From: an uncultured delta proteobacterium
GTDB lineage: Bacteria > Desulfobacterota > Desulfobacteria > Desulfobacterales > JAFDCJ01
NCBI GenBank assembly: GCA_963769935.1
Contig: CAVYNY010000010.1
Span: 320,001 to 384,000 of the forward strand
DNA: 64,000 nt
Direction: 5' to 3'
A program made the translations under genes and the position numbers. Shown in pieces: positions 48,305 to 58,897 of the stretch (position 1 is the first letter of the stretch; every line of letters begins with the position of its first letter). The notes under the pieces were generated by a model. The model was not told the origin of the DNA, did not search any database, and saw nothing but the letters and a program-made list of their open reading frames with translations.

Positions 48305-51300
48305 ATGAAATGCCCTCAATGCAGCCTCGATAATAAACTCAACAAGAAATTCTGTACGAATTGTGGGTCAAAACTAATCTTAAAATGTCCGAATTGTGAT
48401 ACGGAGATTGAGGCCGGAGATATTTTTTGCGGCGAGTGCGGCCATGACTTGCGGATGTCGAATGAAGCCTTGTCTATCGACCGCAGTCAACCTCACTCTT
48501 ATACGCCAAAATTTCTGGCAGATAAGATTCTCACCTCCCGCAATTCTCTGCAGGGCGAACGCAAGCAGATCACCGTCCTGCTCGCCGACATCAAGGACTC
48601 TACCGAGTTGATCAAAGACCTCGATCCGGAGGCTGCACAGCAGATTCTGGACCCCGCGATCCAAATCATGATGAACAGTGTCCACCGTTTCGAGGGCACG
48701 GTAAACCAGGTGCTGGGAGACGGTATTATGGCGCTGTTCGGGGCGCCCATCGCCCATGAAGATCATGCCCTGAGGGCCTGTTATGCCGCTCTGGCAATGC
48801 AAAAGGCGATGAATGAATATGCCAACGAGATGCGCCAGTCCCATGGAGCCGAGTTGCGTATCAGGGTGGGCCTGAATTCCGGCGAAGTCGTGGTTCGGAC
48901 CATTGGCAATGATTTGCATATGGACTACTCGGCCGTAGGCTCGACGACCCATCTGGCAGCCCGTATGGAACAAATTGCTATACCCGGCACGAGTCGAATG
49001 ACGGAGGAAACCCTCAGATTGGTGGAGGGCTTTGTCAAGGTTAATCCTTTAGGACCTGTACCTGTCAAAGGGATGACAGAACCGGCTGAAGTGTTTGAGC
49101 TGGTCGGCGCCAGTACGGTTCGCAGACGCCTGCAGGCCGCAGTCTCTCGAGGACTGACCCGGTTTGTGGGGCGGGACAAAGAGATCAATGAGCTGAACCG
49201 GAATCTGGAACTGGTAGAAGCGGGCCATGGCCAGGTTGTCGCGGCGGTGGGTGAGGCCGGTGTCGGCAAGTCCCGTCTGGTATACGAGTTTGTCCAGTCT
49301 CACCGCACACAGGGATGGCTGGTACTTGAAAGCGCTTCGGCCTCCTACGGCAAAGCGACGCCTTATTTTCCGGTGATCGATCTGCTCAAACATTATGTTC
49401 ATGTGGAGGACGGCGACGACGCCCGCTCTATTCGGGCCAAGGTTACCGGACAGATCCTTACCTTGGACGAGACGCTTCAGGAGACCATTCCGGCGCTGCT
49501 ATCACTCCTGGATACCCTGCCGGAAGACAGCCCCTTTCTGAGGCTCGACCCGATGCAAAGACGCCAGAACATTCTCGATGCTATCAAACGGATTCTGTTG
49601 CGCGAGAGCCGGGCGCAACCGCTTTTGGTTGTCTTCGAAGATTTACACTGGATTGACTCAGAAACCCAGGCCCTGCTCGACATCCTGATCGCAAGCCTGC
49701 CAACGGCCCGCCTGTTGCTTTTGGTAAACTATCGGCCGGAGTATCGGCATCACTGGGGAAGTAAAACCTATTATACCCAGGTAAGGCTTGACCCGCTTCC
49801 ACCCGCAAGTGCGGGGGTTTTTCTGCAGAACCTGCTCGGCAGGGACGCAAGCCTGCAACGCCTCAAACATCTCCTCGTTGAACGGACGGAGGGCAATCCT
49901 TTTTTCCTGGAAGAGTGTGTGCGGACGCTGGTCGAAACACAGGCACTGGCCGGCGAACCCGGCGCGTTTCGCCTGATCCAGGAACTCCCTGATATTCACG
50001 TGCCGGCCACAGTCCAGGTGCTGTTGGCCGCCCGCATGGATCGGCTGCCACAGGCAGAGAAGCGTCTATTGCAAACCGCGGCCGTGATCGGCAACGAGGT
50101 GCCCTCACCCTTGCTTCAAACCATTGCTGAAATGCCGCAGGAGGGACTGCAGCGCGGGCTTGCCTACCTCCAGACTGCCGAATTTCTCTATGAAACCAGC
50201 CTTTTCCCGGAGCGGATTTACAGCTTTAAACACGCCCTCACCCAGAACGTTGCCTACCAGTCGCTGCTGGTCAGCATGCGGCAAAAAATTCATCAGCGCA
50301 TTGGCCGGGTGCTGGAAAAGCAGTTTGCGGTGACTGCCGAAACGCAGCCTGAACTGCTGGCCCATCACTACGCCGAAGCCGGCTGCCATAGGGAAGCGGC
50401 CGTTTACTGGCGACGAGCAGGTGTGCGTGCCAGTGCCCGCTCTGCCTATGTGGAATCTATTGCACACCTCAACAAGGGGCTTGCGGAACTTCAAACGCTG
50501 CCTGAAACCACCGCACATGCCGAACTCGAACTGGCGCTGCAGTTTGATCTCGCCTCAGCACTGATCGTCTCCAAAGGTTGGATCGCTCCCGAGGTGGAAC
50601 AGGCCTACACCCGGGCATTGGATCTATGCCGGCAGGTGGGAGAGACACCTACGCTGATTCCCGTGCTGCAAGGGCTGCGCCGACTCTATGCGTTGCGAGG
50701 TGCTCCAGGTGACGCACAAAGGGCACAAGAACTGGGAGGGCAGATTCTCACTGAAGCTCAGCGTCAAAATGATACCGCGTTATTGCAGGAGGCCTATTGG
50801 GCTATTGGGCAAACTTACTGTGTTCTGGGAGAACTTGAGCCCGCACGCAGGCATATGGAGCAGAGCAGCGCAACATATACACCCAAACCTCTTAACTCCC
50901 AGGACGCCCGTGATGCAGCGGGCACCGAGATTGCCTGCCTGATGCACTATGCTTACGTCCTGTGGTCCCTCGGCTATCCGGATAAGGCACTCGAAACCGG
51001 CCAGCAGGGCTTAACCTTAGCCCACGAACTTTCGCACCCGTTTACCCTGGCATTTGCCTTTTCCGGCATGGCGCAGCTTAATCAATTCAGGCGGGACGTA
51101 CAAGCAACACTTAAGCAGGCAGATGCCATGATTGCCCTCTCCAACGAGCAGGGATTTTCACTATGGATGAACTTGGGAACGCTGTTTCGTGCTTGGTGCC
51201 TGGCCATGCAGGGGCAACCAGAGGATGGGATAGTCCAGATGGAGCGGTCTATGGCAAGCAATCTGGTCGGCTCATTTCATGCCTTACGACCCTGGCATGA

Positions 51301-51697
51301 TGCCTTATTGGTCGAAGCATACGGGGCAGCAGGACAGACCGCAGCGGGTTTAAACAAGGCAGCCAAGGCACTGGCTGTTGTGGAGAAAACCGGTTTTCGC
51401 TTCTATGAAGCGGAGTTGGGCCGGCTTTATGGGGAGCTGCTGTTGATGCGGCCGGTCCCCGATGTCTCTGAGGCCGAAGCCTGTATCCAGCGAGCCCTTG
51501 ACCTTGCTGACAGCCAGCAATCAAAATCACTGGAACTCCGAGCCGCTATCAGTCTGAGTCGGCTTTGGAATCAGCAGAACAAAAGACTAGAAGCCCGAAA
51601 ACTGCTGACGAAAATTTACGGCTGGTTCACCGAGGGATTTGGCACTGCCGACTTAAAGGAAGCCAAAGCGCTTATTGATGATCTGTCGGATAAATAG
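48305..51697 (+). CDS. Double zinc ribbon - class III cyclase - STAND ATPase - TPR protein
   Basis: CPQC/CTNC/CPNC/CGEC, ADIKDST, LGDG, LAARME, GEAGVGKS, FEDLHW, GNPFF, WFTEGF. Confidence 0.9.
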   Translation: MKCPQCSLDNKLNKKFCTNCGSKLILKCPNCDTEIEAGDIFCGECGHDLRMSNEALSIDRSQPHSYTPKFLADKILTSRNSLQGERKQITVLLADIKDSTELIKDLDPEAAQQILDPAIQIMMNSVHRFEGTVNQVLGDGIMALFGAPIAHEDHALRACYAALAMQKAMNEYANEMRQSHGAELRIRVGLNSGEVVVRTIGNDLHMDYSAVGSTTHLAARMEQIAIPGTSRMTEETLRLVEGFVKVNPLGPVPVKGMTEPAEVFELVGASTVRRRLQAAVSRGLTRFVGRDKEINELNRNLELVEAGHGQVVAAVGEAGVGKSRLVYEFVQSHRTQGWLVLESASASYGKATPYFPVIDLLKHYVHVEDGDDARSIRAKVTGQILTLDETLQETIPALLSLLDTLPEDSPFLRLDPMQRRQNILDAIKRILLRESRAQPLLVVFEDLHWIDSETQALLDILIASLPTARLLLLVNYRPEYRHHWGSKTYYTQVRLDPLPPASAGVFLQNLLGRDASLQRLKHLLVERTEGNPFFLEECVRTLVETQALAGEPGAFRLIQELPDIHVPATVQVLLAARMDRLPQAEKRLLQTAAVIGNEVPSPLLQTIAEMPQEGLQRGLAYLQTAEFLYETSLFPERIYSFKHALTQNVAYQSLLVSMRQKIHQRIGRVLEKQFAVTAETQPELLAHHYAEAGCHREAAVYWRRAGVRASARSAYVESIAHLNKGLAELQTLPETTAHAELELALQFDLASALIVSKGWIAPEVEQAYTRALDLCRQVGETPTLIPVLQGLRRLYALRGAPGDAQRAQELGGQILTEAQRQNDTALLQEAYWAIGQTYCVLGELEPARRHMEQSSATYTPKPLNSQDARDAAGTEIACLMHYAYVLWSLGYPDKALETGQQGLTLAHELSHPFTLAFAFSGMAQLNQFRRDVQATLKQADAMIALSNEQGFSLWMNLGTLFRAWCLAMQGQPEDGIVQMERSMASNLVGSFHALRPWHDALLVEAYGAAGQTAAGLNKAAKALAVVEKTGFRFYEAELGRLYGELLLMRPVPDVSEAEACIQRALDLADSQQSKSLELRAAISLSRLWNQQNKRLEARKLLTKIYGWFTEGFGTADLKEAKALIDDLSDK

Positions 51698-51955
51698 ATT
51701 TCAATTTAAAAATGATACTGATTTTCGCGTCGAGATCTGGGGACCGTTCCCTGGGCTGCCCGAGCCGGTGCGTCCGGGTAGATAATTTGCTGAATCTTGA
51801 CATCTTCTAATTCGACTCCCATTGTTCTTTTTGTGGTGCCCTATATCACAAGGTTTGCTATATTTCCCTATGCTTAACTTGCGCATCTGCAGCCATCCAC
51901 TGAGGCGCATTATAATTCGACGATCGATTAATTTAGGCACCAACAAGGTGAATAC

Positions 51956-52216
51956 ATGCCGCCACGCACCCGATATGCGAAAAGCGATGATGTCAATATC
52001 GCCTACCAGGTCACTGGGGAAGGGACCTTCGACCTTGTCCTGGTGCCGGGCTGGGTCTCGCATTTGGAAAATGCCTGGGAGGAACCCCCGATCGCGCGGT
52101 TTCTCAACCGAATAGCTTCATTTTGCCGTCTAATTCTAATCGACCGCCGAGGAACCGGACTCTCGGACCCCGTCACAACGCTTCCCACCATAGAGCAGCG
52201 CATGTTGTTCGAATAA
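51956..52216 (+). pseudogene. Truncated alpha/beta hydrolase N-terminus
   Basis: TRYAKSDDVNIAYQV.G.G..DLVLVPGWVSH..DRRGTGLSD; ends before the nucleophile motif, 1 bp from the convergent fpg stop. Confidence 0.8.
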
Positions 52217-52217
52217 C

Positions 52218-53123
52218 TCAGGAAAATTGCTGCTTCCTTGCTTCAAGCTCCTCAAGCGTGCGGGGCCAATCTTTTTTCAGCAAGCGGGATAAAGCCCGAT
52301 CCGCCAGCAACTTGCCTGCGGTTTGACACCTTGGACAGTAATTGGTTTCATTGGCGGCATAGCGAATCCGCTGAACCGGGGTTCCGCACTCCGGGCACGG
52401 TTCCCGGTAGCGTCCGTGCACCGCCATGCCGCTGCGAAATGCGGTGACCTTCTCTGGAAAACCATTGCCCACCTCTTCCCGTAGGCGCTGGGTCCATTCA
52501 TTCAATGTGGCGCGGGTTGCATGGAACAGCCGTTCAATCTGATCCTCCGCTAGTTTCTCAGTGAGCAAGATGGGGGACAACCGGGACCGGTGAAGAATTT
52601 CATCTGAATAGGTGTTGCCGATGCCACTGAATAGGCGGGGATCCGTCAAAGATCGCTTTAGGGTGTGATTCTCACTCAGAAGGGCATTTCGAAATTCTTC
52701 CAGGGAGGCTTCAAAAACTTCGAGACCGCCGGGATCAAGGCCGGCAAGTTCAGAGCGACCAGCTATGAAATGAAGCGAGGCACGCTTTTGGGTGCCCGCC
52801 TCCGTTATAAGCAGGGAACCGTTGGGGAAGTCAAAAACGGCCAGTCCGACTTTGCCGGGCGGTTTACATGCTTTTTTACGCCAATGTAATCGCCCCGCTA
52901 TCATCAGATGAATCACAAGAAACCGTTCCTTGTCAAATACAAATACAATCCGCTTGCCCATGCGCTCAACACCGCGAACCTTGGCACCGTGGACAGTTTT
53001 AATCGACGGTTCGGCAGTGCGCAGAAAAAACGAGCTGGCAAAACGTATTTGCTCGAGGGGTTGTCCGCGGACAAGAGCTTCGAGACGCTCGATGTAAATG
53101 GTTATGTCGGGATATTCCGGCAT
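52218..53123 (-). CDS. Fpg/Nei family DNA glycosylase
   Basis: N-terminal MPE, RMGK, HLMIAG, SGIGN, CPEC..CPRCQ zinc finger. Confidence 0.92.
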   Translation of the reverse strand: MPEYPDITIYIERLEALVRGQPLEQIRFASSFFLRTAEPSIKTVHGAKVRGVERMGKRIVFVFDKERFLVIHLMIAGRLHWRKKACKPPGKVGLAVFDFPNGSLLITEAGTQKRASLHFIAGRSELAGLDPGGLEVFEASLEEFRNALLSENHTLKRSLTDPRLFSGIGNTYSDEILHRSRLSPILLTEKLAEDQIERLFHATRATLNEWTQRLREEVGNGFPEKVTAFRSGMAVHGRYREPCPECGTPVQRIRYAANETNYCPRCQTAGKLLADRALSRLLKKDWPRTLEELEARKQQFS

Positions 53124-53213
53124 TCGGTTTTTTGTAACAATTTAGCTGTTTAAAAAAATGATTTCTTCGGTGGGATAGTTTAAAAGTTTGATTATAGGTC
53201 ATATATTTAAGTT

Positions 53214-53720
53214 ATGAAAAAATTATTTATCCTGAAACTTATTGTATGCATGGCCTGCGCAATTACGTTAGGCCCGTTTGACATAATCGGAACGAAAACA
53301 CATCTAATGGCGGCCAACGCCGATAATCCTGGAACCAAATGTCAACCGACGCCATCGGATTATCTGGGTCCTTTTTATAAGGCCGAAGCACCGGTCCGCT
53401 CAAGTGTCGGCAAGGGATACGAGTTGATGGGGCGGGTCATGTCTTCGGCGACCTGCGCTCCCGTCCCGCATGTCCGCCTCGAGCTTTGGCTGGCCAATCC
53501 GGACGGGTCATATGACGACGATCATCGTGCAACAATAATGACCGATGAAACAGGCGTGTACAAATTTGAAAGCAATTTTCCGCCCGGCTATTTCGGCCGG
53601 CCGCCTCATATCCACATTCGCATCAGCGCCGAAGGTTTCAAAACCCTGGTAACCCAACACTATCCCGCTCACGGCCAAACCACCGGAGATTTTGATATCG
53701 TTCTTGTCCCGGTCAAATAA
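53214..53720 (+). CDS. Exported intradiol ring-cleavage dioxygenase-like protein
   Basis: Signal peptide, GPFY, ELW.AN.DG.YD, PGY.GRPPHIH, LVTQ.Y. Confidence 0.8.
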   Translation: MKKLFILKLIVCMACAITLGPFDIIGTKTHLMAANADNPGTKCQPTPSDYLGPFYKAEAPVRSSVGKGYELMGRVMSSATCAPVPHVRLELWLANPDGSYDDDHRATIMTDETGVYKFESNFPPGYFGRPPHIHIRISAEGFKTLVTQHYPAHGQTTGDFDIVLVPVK

Positions 53721-53843
53721 AATTTCTTGGCACCTTCGACATCAGTCGTCATCAGTTCAGACCAGCTGAACGCGCCTTGTCGTTTAAATATGTCTTTCAT
53801 ATTATCCTCCAATGCCCAAATGTATGAAAGATTAGGAGGCAAA

Positions 53844-55094
53844 TTAATTTAGGGTTGTAAAGTTGCATTGGAATTGTCCAATCGGCTTTTGCATAAATTC
53901 TGCAATTTCCAATTCGGATTCCAACTCAACATGCGGATTTCCTTTTGCCAGGCCGGCGAGAATAGAAAATTCAAAACATTCTGCCTTTGGATTGGCAGCC
54001 CTGGCAGCATCCACGATTTCTTTTACTCCCTGCTTTTGGAAATCCCGGGCGAAATTTGCCAGTATCTGCTCGGCTTCCTCCATATTTGTTAAGGGGAGCA
54101 CGGTCTCAAATTGATTAATGCTGCGCCGGGCGGAAAATCCACCGACCGCACCGAAATGCTTGCTGATGTATCGGCCCATGGTTCTGATTCCTTCCTGCAG
54201 CGCCGTATGGCCTAATTTTTCGATAATGGACTCAGGATCTGCCAGTGTAAAAAGAAGGACGGTATAGCTCTCATTTATATTTTTATGCTTCAAGTCAGAC
54301 TGATACCGAACTTTGAACTGGCGTTTGGAATACAGGCCGGTTAGTTCATCCTCTAAGCGTTCAATACTGTTAATGATTTCCTCATAAAAGGCGAGGTTGC
54401 TACTCTCAAATTCCTGCGGGTTTCCCTGAAAAACAATCTGTTTGTCGGAAAGAACAAGGATACGGTTGGAGATGAAAAGAACATCCGGAATATCGTGGCT
54501 CACCAGAATTGCGGTGAATCCGTATTTCTTTTTGTACTCGGCGATCATTCCGAGGATGGCATTGCGCCTGACAGGGTCCTGGCCGGTGGTCAGCTCATCA
54601 AACAGGACAATTTTGGGATCGGTCACGAGGGCGCGTGCCAGTGCCACGCGCTTCTGCATGCCGCCGGAAAGCTCTGAGGGGTGCCTGTAGATCACATCCG
54701 CAAGCTCGGTTTGCTCTATTTTGGCCATCACCTTGTCTGTGATCGCCTGCTTGCTCAGCCGGGTATTTTCCTGCAGCGGCAAAGCAATATTTTCAAACAC
54801 CGTCAGAGAATCGAAAAGCGCGTTGCCTTGAAACATGTAGCTGATCCGGCCGAGGTATTCATTCCACTCGGACCTTTTCATCTTTTCAAGGGGTTGGCCG
54901 CAAAAAAGCACGCTGCCCATATCCGGTCGAAGCAAACCGATGATATGCTTGAGAACTACGCTTTTGCCGGCACCGCTCTTGCCGATAATGGTGGTGACTT
55001 CATCTTCAAATATTTGAAGATTAACCCGGTCGAGTATTATGCGGCCGCCAAAACTCTTGGTAACATTTTTAAATTCGACTATCGGCAAGGTCAT
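53844..55094 (-). CDS. MlaF/Mkl-like ABC ATPase fused to a degenerate GGDEF-like domain
   Basis: GKSGAGKS, FQGNALFDS, LSGGMQKR, VSHD; C-terminal DELTGLYSKRQF..ARRSINQF. Confidence 0.82.
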   Translation of the reverse strand: MTLPIVEFKNVTKSFGGRIILDRVNLQIFEDEVTTIIGKSGAGKSVVLKHIIGLLRPDMGSVLFCGQPLEKMKRSEWNEYLGRISYMFQGNALFDSLTVFENIALPLQENTRLSKQAITDKVMAKIEQTELADVIYRHPSELSGGMQKRVALARALVTDPKIVLFDELTTGQDPVRRNAILGMIAEYKKKYGFTAILVSHDIPDVLFISNRILVLSDKQIVFQGNPQEFESSNLAFYEEIINSIERLEDELTGLYSKRQFKVRYQSDLKHKNINESYTVLLFTLADPESIIEKLGHTALQEGIRTMGRYISKHFGAVGGFSARRSINQFETVLPLTNMEEAEQILANFARDFQKQGVKEIVDAARAANPKAECFEFSILAGLAKGNPHVELESELEIAEFMQKPIGQFQCNFTTLN

Positions 55095-55455
55095 TGCGGC
55101 ACCCCTCTTCCATGGCAAGGTTCAGGCGATCTAATCTCTCTCCGAAACCGCTGACACCGCTTCCAATGCCATCAACGGTTTGGCTTATGCAGGGCCGTTG
55201 ACCAAGAGGCTGGCCATCTACTTTCTCCAAACCAACCTGTTTTAAAATTAATCATCAAATTAGATCGATCAAGAGAGTTTGAGATGGCTGAAAGCAGCAT
55301 CCGCAAAGTAACGAGCACCTTTAGCTGACACATTTGAAATGAAGACGTTTAAATTTTTGATTGACATTGCGTTAAAATCTATCCGATATGATATTTAGTC
55401 TTCAGAACCCGGTGGTTGGCAAATTGGGAGATTTTAGGCTTAAACAACCAAAAAG

Positions 55456-55614
55456 CTGAATTTGTATATCGTTAAAAATATCGCACCCGATGTTCCCATG
55501 TCCCATGTCCTGCTGGGCGTCATCCCATTTGTGATTATAGATGGCATCGTCATTGTCTGCATCTGCATCTGGCCGGCACTGACGCTATGGCTTCCGAACA
55601 AGATGATCGGATAG
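55456..55614 (+). pseudogene. C-terminal relic of a TRAP large permease (DctM)
   Basis: Manual translation LNLYIVKNIAPDVPMSHVLLGVIPFVIIDGIVIVCICIWPALTLWLPNKMIG* matches the typical DctM C-terminus; no N-terminal part upstream. Confidence 0.75.
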
Positions 55615-55655
55615 TGCTGCGTTCCATAAATACATCAAAAAAGTCATTCTAACGG

Positions 55656-55744
55656 CTGGATACCCGCCTTCGCGGGTATGACGGCTGTTGTAATTAACCG
55701 ATATTAATATAATAATTGTCATTCTCGCGCAGGCGGGAATCCAG
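55656..55744. repeat. Pair of inverted REP-like palindromes
   Basis: ctggatacccgccttcgcgggtatgac and gtcattctcgcgcaggcgggaatccag are complementary at 23 of 27 positions, around an AT-rich spacer. Confidence 0.8.
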
Positions 55745-55813
55745 AAAACCCGGAAAACTCTACTTTTTACGATTTCATCAAATTTGGGATTTGAAAATTT
55801 TTGGGAGGGCAGT

Positions 55814-57335
55814 ATGAGGAAAATATCCCTTGGGGAATGTTTTACGGATACCTTTTTAGCCCGCGGTGATAAGCCGGCGATTTCTTTCCTGCGGGGCGGT
55901 AAACTCGAAACCCGGATTTCCTATAGCGAATTAGATCGGCACGCCAACCGCATGGCCTGTGTTTTCCAAAACCTGAGGGTGAATAAAGGCGACCGGGTCA
56001 TACTTTTTATCCCGAAATCCCTAATCTTTGTGGTGGCGCATCTGGCGTTGCAAAAAATTGGTGCCATTGCCGTGCCTTTAAATCCGGGTTTTAAGAAATC
56101 CGAAATGGCCTATTTGCTTCAGGATGCGGATGCAAAAGTAATCATTGCGGAATCTGCTGCTGAAACCCTCATCCAAGAAATAGATCCCGATCTGAACCGG
56201 CTGGTCATTGACACCCGCCAACCTTATCAGAATATCGACCTGGTGCAAAAGGCTTCCGAACATTTCACGCCGGTCGAAATACACGCTGATGATCCGGGTC
56301 TTATCATTTACACTTCGGGCACCACCGGTAAACCCAAAGGGGCGGTTCTGACCCAGATGAACCTGATCCATGACGCCCGCAATATCATTAAAATTTGGGA
56401 AATAAGCCAGGCGGATACCCTCTGCCATGCGCTGCCGCTTTTTCATGTCCACGGACTTTGTTTTGCCCTGCACACGTCGCTGTTGGCCGGCGGTCATGTG
56501 GTCATGCTCGATCAGTTTTCTCCCCCCGGTTATTGATACCTTGCGCCGACAGGATGGACCCCGGGTGTGTACGATCTTTATGGCGGTGCCTGCCATGTAC
56601 GGAAAATTGATGCAATATCTCGGTGATGAAAGACCTCATTTTGGACACATGCGCTTGTGGACTTCGGGGTCCGCTCCGCTTCTGCCGGCCGACTTTGAGC
56701 GCATCCACCAAATATTCGGCAAAGAACCGGTGGAAAGGGAGGGAATGTCTGAAACCGGAATGAATTTTTCAAATCCGCTGCACGGCAAAAGAAAGCCGGG
56801 ATCCATCGGCCTGCCTTTGCCGGAACTGGAAGTCAGGATCGTTGACCCGGTTGCCGGAGAGGATGTAATGCCCGGTCAAACCGGTGAATTCCGGTTGAAA
56901 GGGCCCGCGATAACTGCGGGGTACTGGCGCACACCGGAAGAAACCGAACATGCTTTCGAAGGCGACTGGTTTAAAAGCGGTGATCTGGGACACATTGATG
57001 ATGACGGCTATTACTATCTCACCGATCGGATTAAACATATTATCATCTCCGGCGGCGAAAATATTTCTCCCAAAGAAGTGGAGATCGTCATCAACCGGAT
57101 CGAGGGCGTGGCGGAATCATCGGTGGTGGGAATTGCCGATGAAAAGTGGGGCGAAAAGGTCGTGGCGGCCGTTGTAAAAATGCCCGGTGCCGATGTCGGC
57201 GAAAATGAAATTCAAGCGTATTGCAAACAACACCTGCACGACTGGAAGTGCCCCAAAGTAATTTTCTTTGTAAAAGAGCTGCCCCGCAACACCATGGGCA
57301 AAGTGTTAAAAGAAGAAGTGAAAAAACTGTTCTAA
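55814..57335 (+). pseudogene. Acyl-CoA synthetase (malonyl-CoA ligase MatB-like), frameshifted at a C6 run (real or sequencing error)
   Basis: YTSGTTGKPKG and LPLFHVHG in one frame; SGSAPL, EREGMSET, GDLG, ISGGEN and PRNTMGKV in another. The shift is at 56522-56527. Confidence 0.82.
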
Positions 57336-57375
57336 TCTGAATTGAAAATTTTTGGCTTTAATGATCCGGGGATTT

Positions 57376-57455
57376 CACCACGAAAACACGAAATTTAAAA
57401 AGCACGAAATTTTATTATTTCCTTTTCGTGTTTTCGTCCTTTCGTGGTTTCGTGA
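57376..57455. repeat. CACGAA-unit inverted repeat between convergent genes
   Basis: caccacgaaaacacgaaa..agcacgaaa faces tttcgtgttttcgtcctttcgtggtttcgtg. Confidence 0.78.
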
Positions 57456-57510
57456 TTAAATTATTCTATTTGGTTCCAGCTCGGCCGTACAAAAGTCCTA
57501 AAAATCAAAT

Positions 57511-58674
57511 TTAAGTAGAGCGCAGGCGCGGCGGCATGATAAAGACCCGCCGCAATCCCTCTTTGAGCGAAATGGCCTCCTCCGGGCAAAACCGGGAGCA
57601 AACACCGCATCCCAGACAAGCGTTCTCATCCCGCTGGGCCAGCCCCTCATCGTTGAGGGCAATGGCGTCGGTGGGACACCACGCCACGCAGGTGCCGCAG
57701 CCGCTGCACGCCTGCTGGTCGATCACCGATAGATAGTAAGTGGAATTGATCAGCGGCAGGGTGCCGCTGCGCCAGAGCCCCAGGGTATCACAACAATCCT
57801 TGCAGCAGTTGCAGATGCTCGTTTCCGGGCTGGTTTCCCGGGAGCCCGGGTGAAAGGCCTTGTGAATCAACCCGGCCTGGGCGGCCTCCCGCATGATTTT
57901 AAGGGCTTCTTCCTTGGTGACCTTTTGGGCAAACCCCTGGGCGGTCGTATGCCGGGCGGATTTGCCGAAGGTAAAACAGTTTAATACCGGCGCATCGGTG
58001 CTGCAGGGCTCGCCGAGCAGACTTCGGCGCTGGCGGCAAAAACAATGTCCGACGGCAATGTCGTCAAACTTGTTGATAATCTCCTCGACCGTCTGACTGG
58101 GAAGAATGAATTCATCGCCGATATCCAGGGTCTTATCCACCGGTATGATCTTGATCGACTTTCCGTCTTCGGCTATCCTGGCGGGCACGGTCCGGTCGAC
58201 CGCGGGGGCACTGCCGAACAAGGGTGCCAGCGCATCATAATTTTGCTGAGTCTGATCGCGGAGTTCTCCCAGCAGCTTTTCGAATAGGCTGGCAAGCTTT
58301 TTTTCCGCCTCGCTTCCGGTGGCTTTCACCATAAATTTGTATTCCATCAATCCCACCAACATGAGCGGCAGAAGCCTGTAAACCATGACGCCGGCCGAAT
58401 TGGGTTGATTGAACACAAGCCCTTTCTGTGCCAGACTTGCTGCCAGATGGTCGACTTTCTCGGCCGAGAACCCGCTCGATTCCACGAGCTGGTCCAATGT
58501 TTGAGACGGCTGCCGGCGGAAGGCATATATCAGGTCGAGTTCTTCTTCATTTTCCCCGACAGCTGCGACGACAATGGCGACGGCCGTATCGTTTACCGGA
58601 AATTGAACCATGCCCTGTTTGCAGATCACACCGGCTGCTTTTTTGAATTTTTCCTCTAAGGCAATTTGCGTCAT
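57511..58674 (-). CDS. 4Fe-4S dicluster protein with an N-terminal HTH-like region
   Basis: CFCR, ICNCCKDCC, CSGCGTCVAWCP, CLGCGVCSRFCP; GGAGG RBS. Confidence 0.85.
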   Translation of the reverse strand: MTQIALEEKFKKAAGVICKQGMVQFPVNDTAVAIVVAAVGENEEELDLIYAFRRQPSQTLDQLVESSGFSAEKVDHLAASLAQKGLVFNQPNSAGVMVYRLLPLMLVGLMEYKFMVKATGSEAEKKLASLFEKLLGELRDQTQQNYDALAPLFGSAPAVDRTVPARIAEDGKSIKIIPVDKTLDIGDEFILPSQTVEEIINKFDDIAVGHCFCRQRRSLLGEPCSTDAPVLNCFTFGKSARHTTAQGFAQKVTKEEALKIMREAAQAGLIHKAFHPGSRETSPETSICNCCKDCCDTLGLWRSGTLPLINSTYYLSVIDQQACSGCGTCVAWCPTDAIALNDEGLAQRDENACLGCGVCSRFCPEEAISLKEGLRRVFIMPPRLRST

Positions 58675-58897
58675 AAGTATTTTTTCCTCCCCAAATTGAG
58701 CGATTTGAATATGTGTATCAACAATGATCATACAGGTCAAGTATGCATAGGCCTGATCAGGCTTCCGTCATTTAAGGAGATAAATGACTAATTTTGCAAA
58801 AATTGCCCGCTTAACAAAAATCATGACGTTTATTATATTGTAAACTGGATTTTGCACCCAAGCATATAAAGGACAATATTTCCAGACGTGATGGGGC

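Noticed and set aside
55630..55785. MITE with terminal inverted repeats around the REP pair
   Set aside because: The outer ends match only over about 7 bp (aaaaagt/acttttt) and no target-site duplication is evident.
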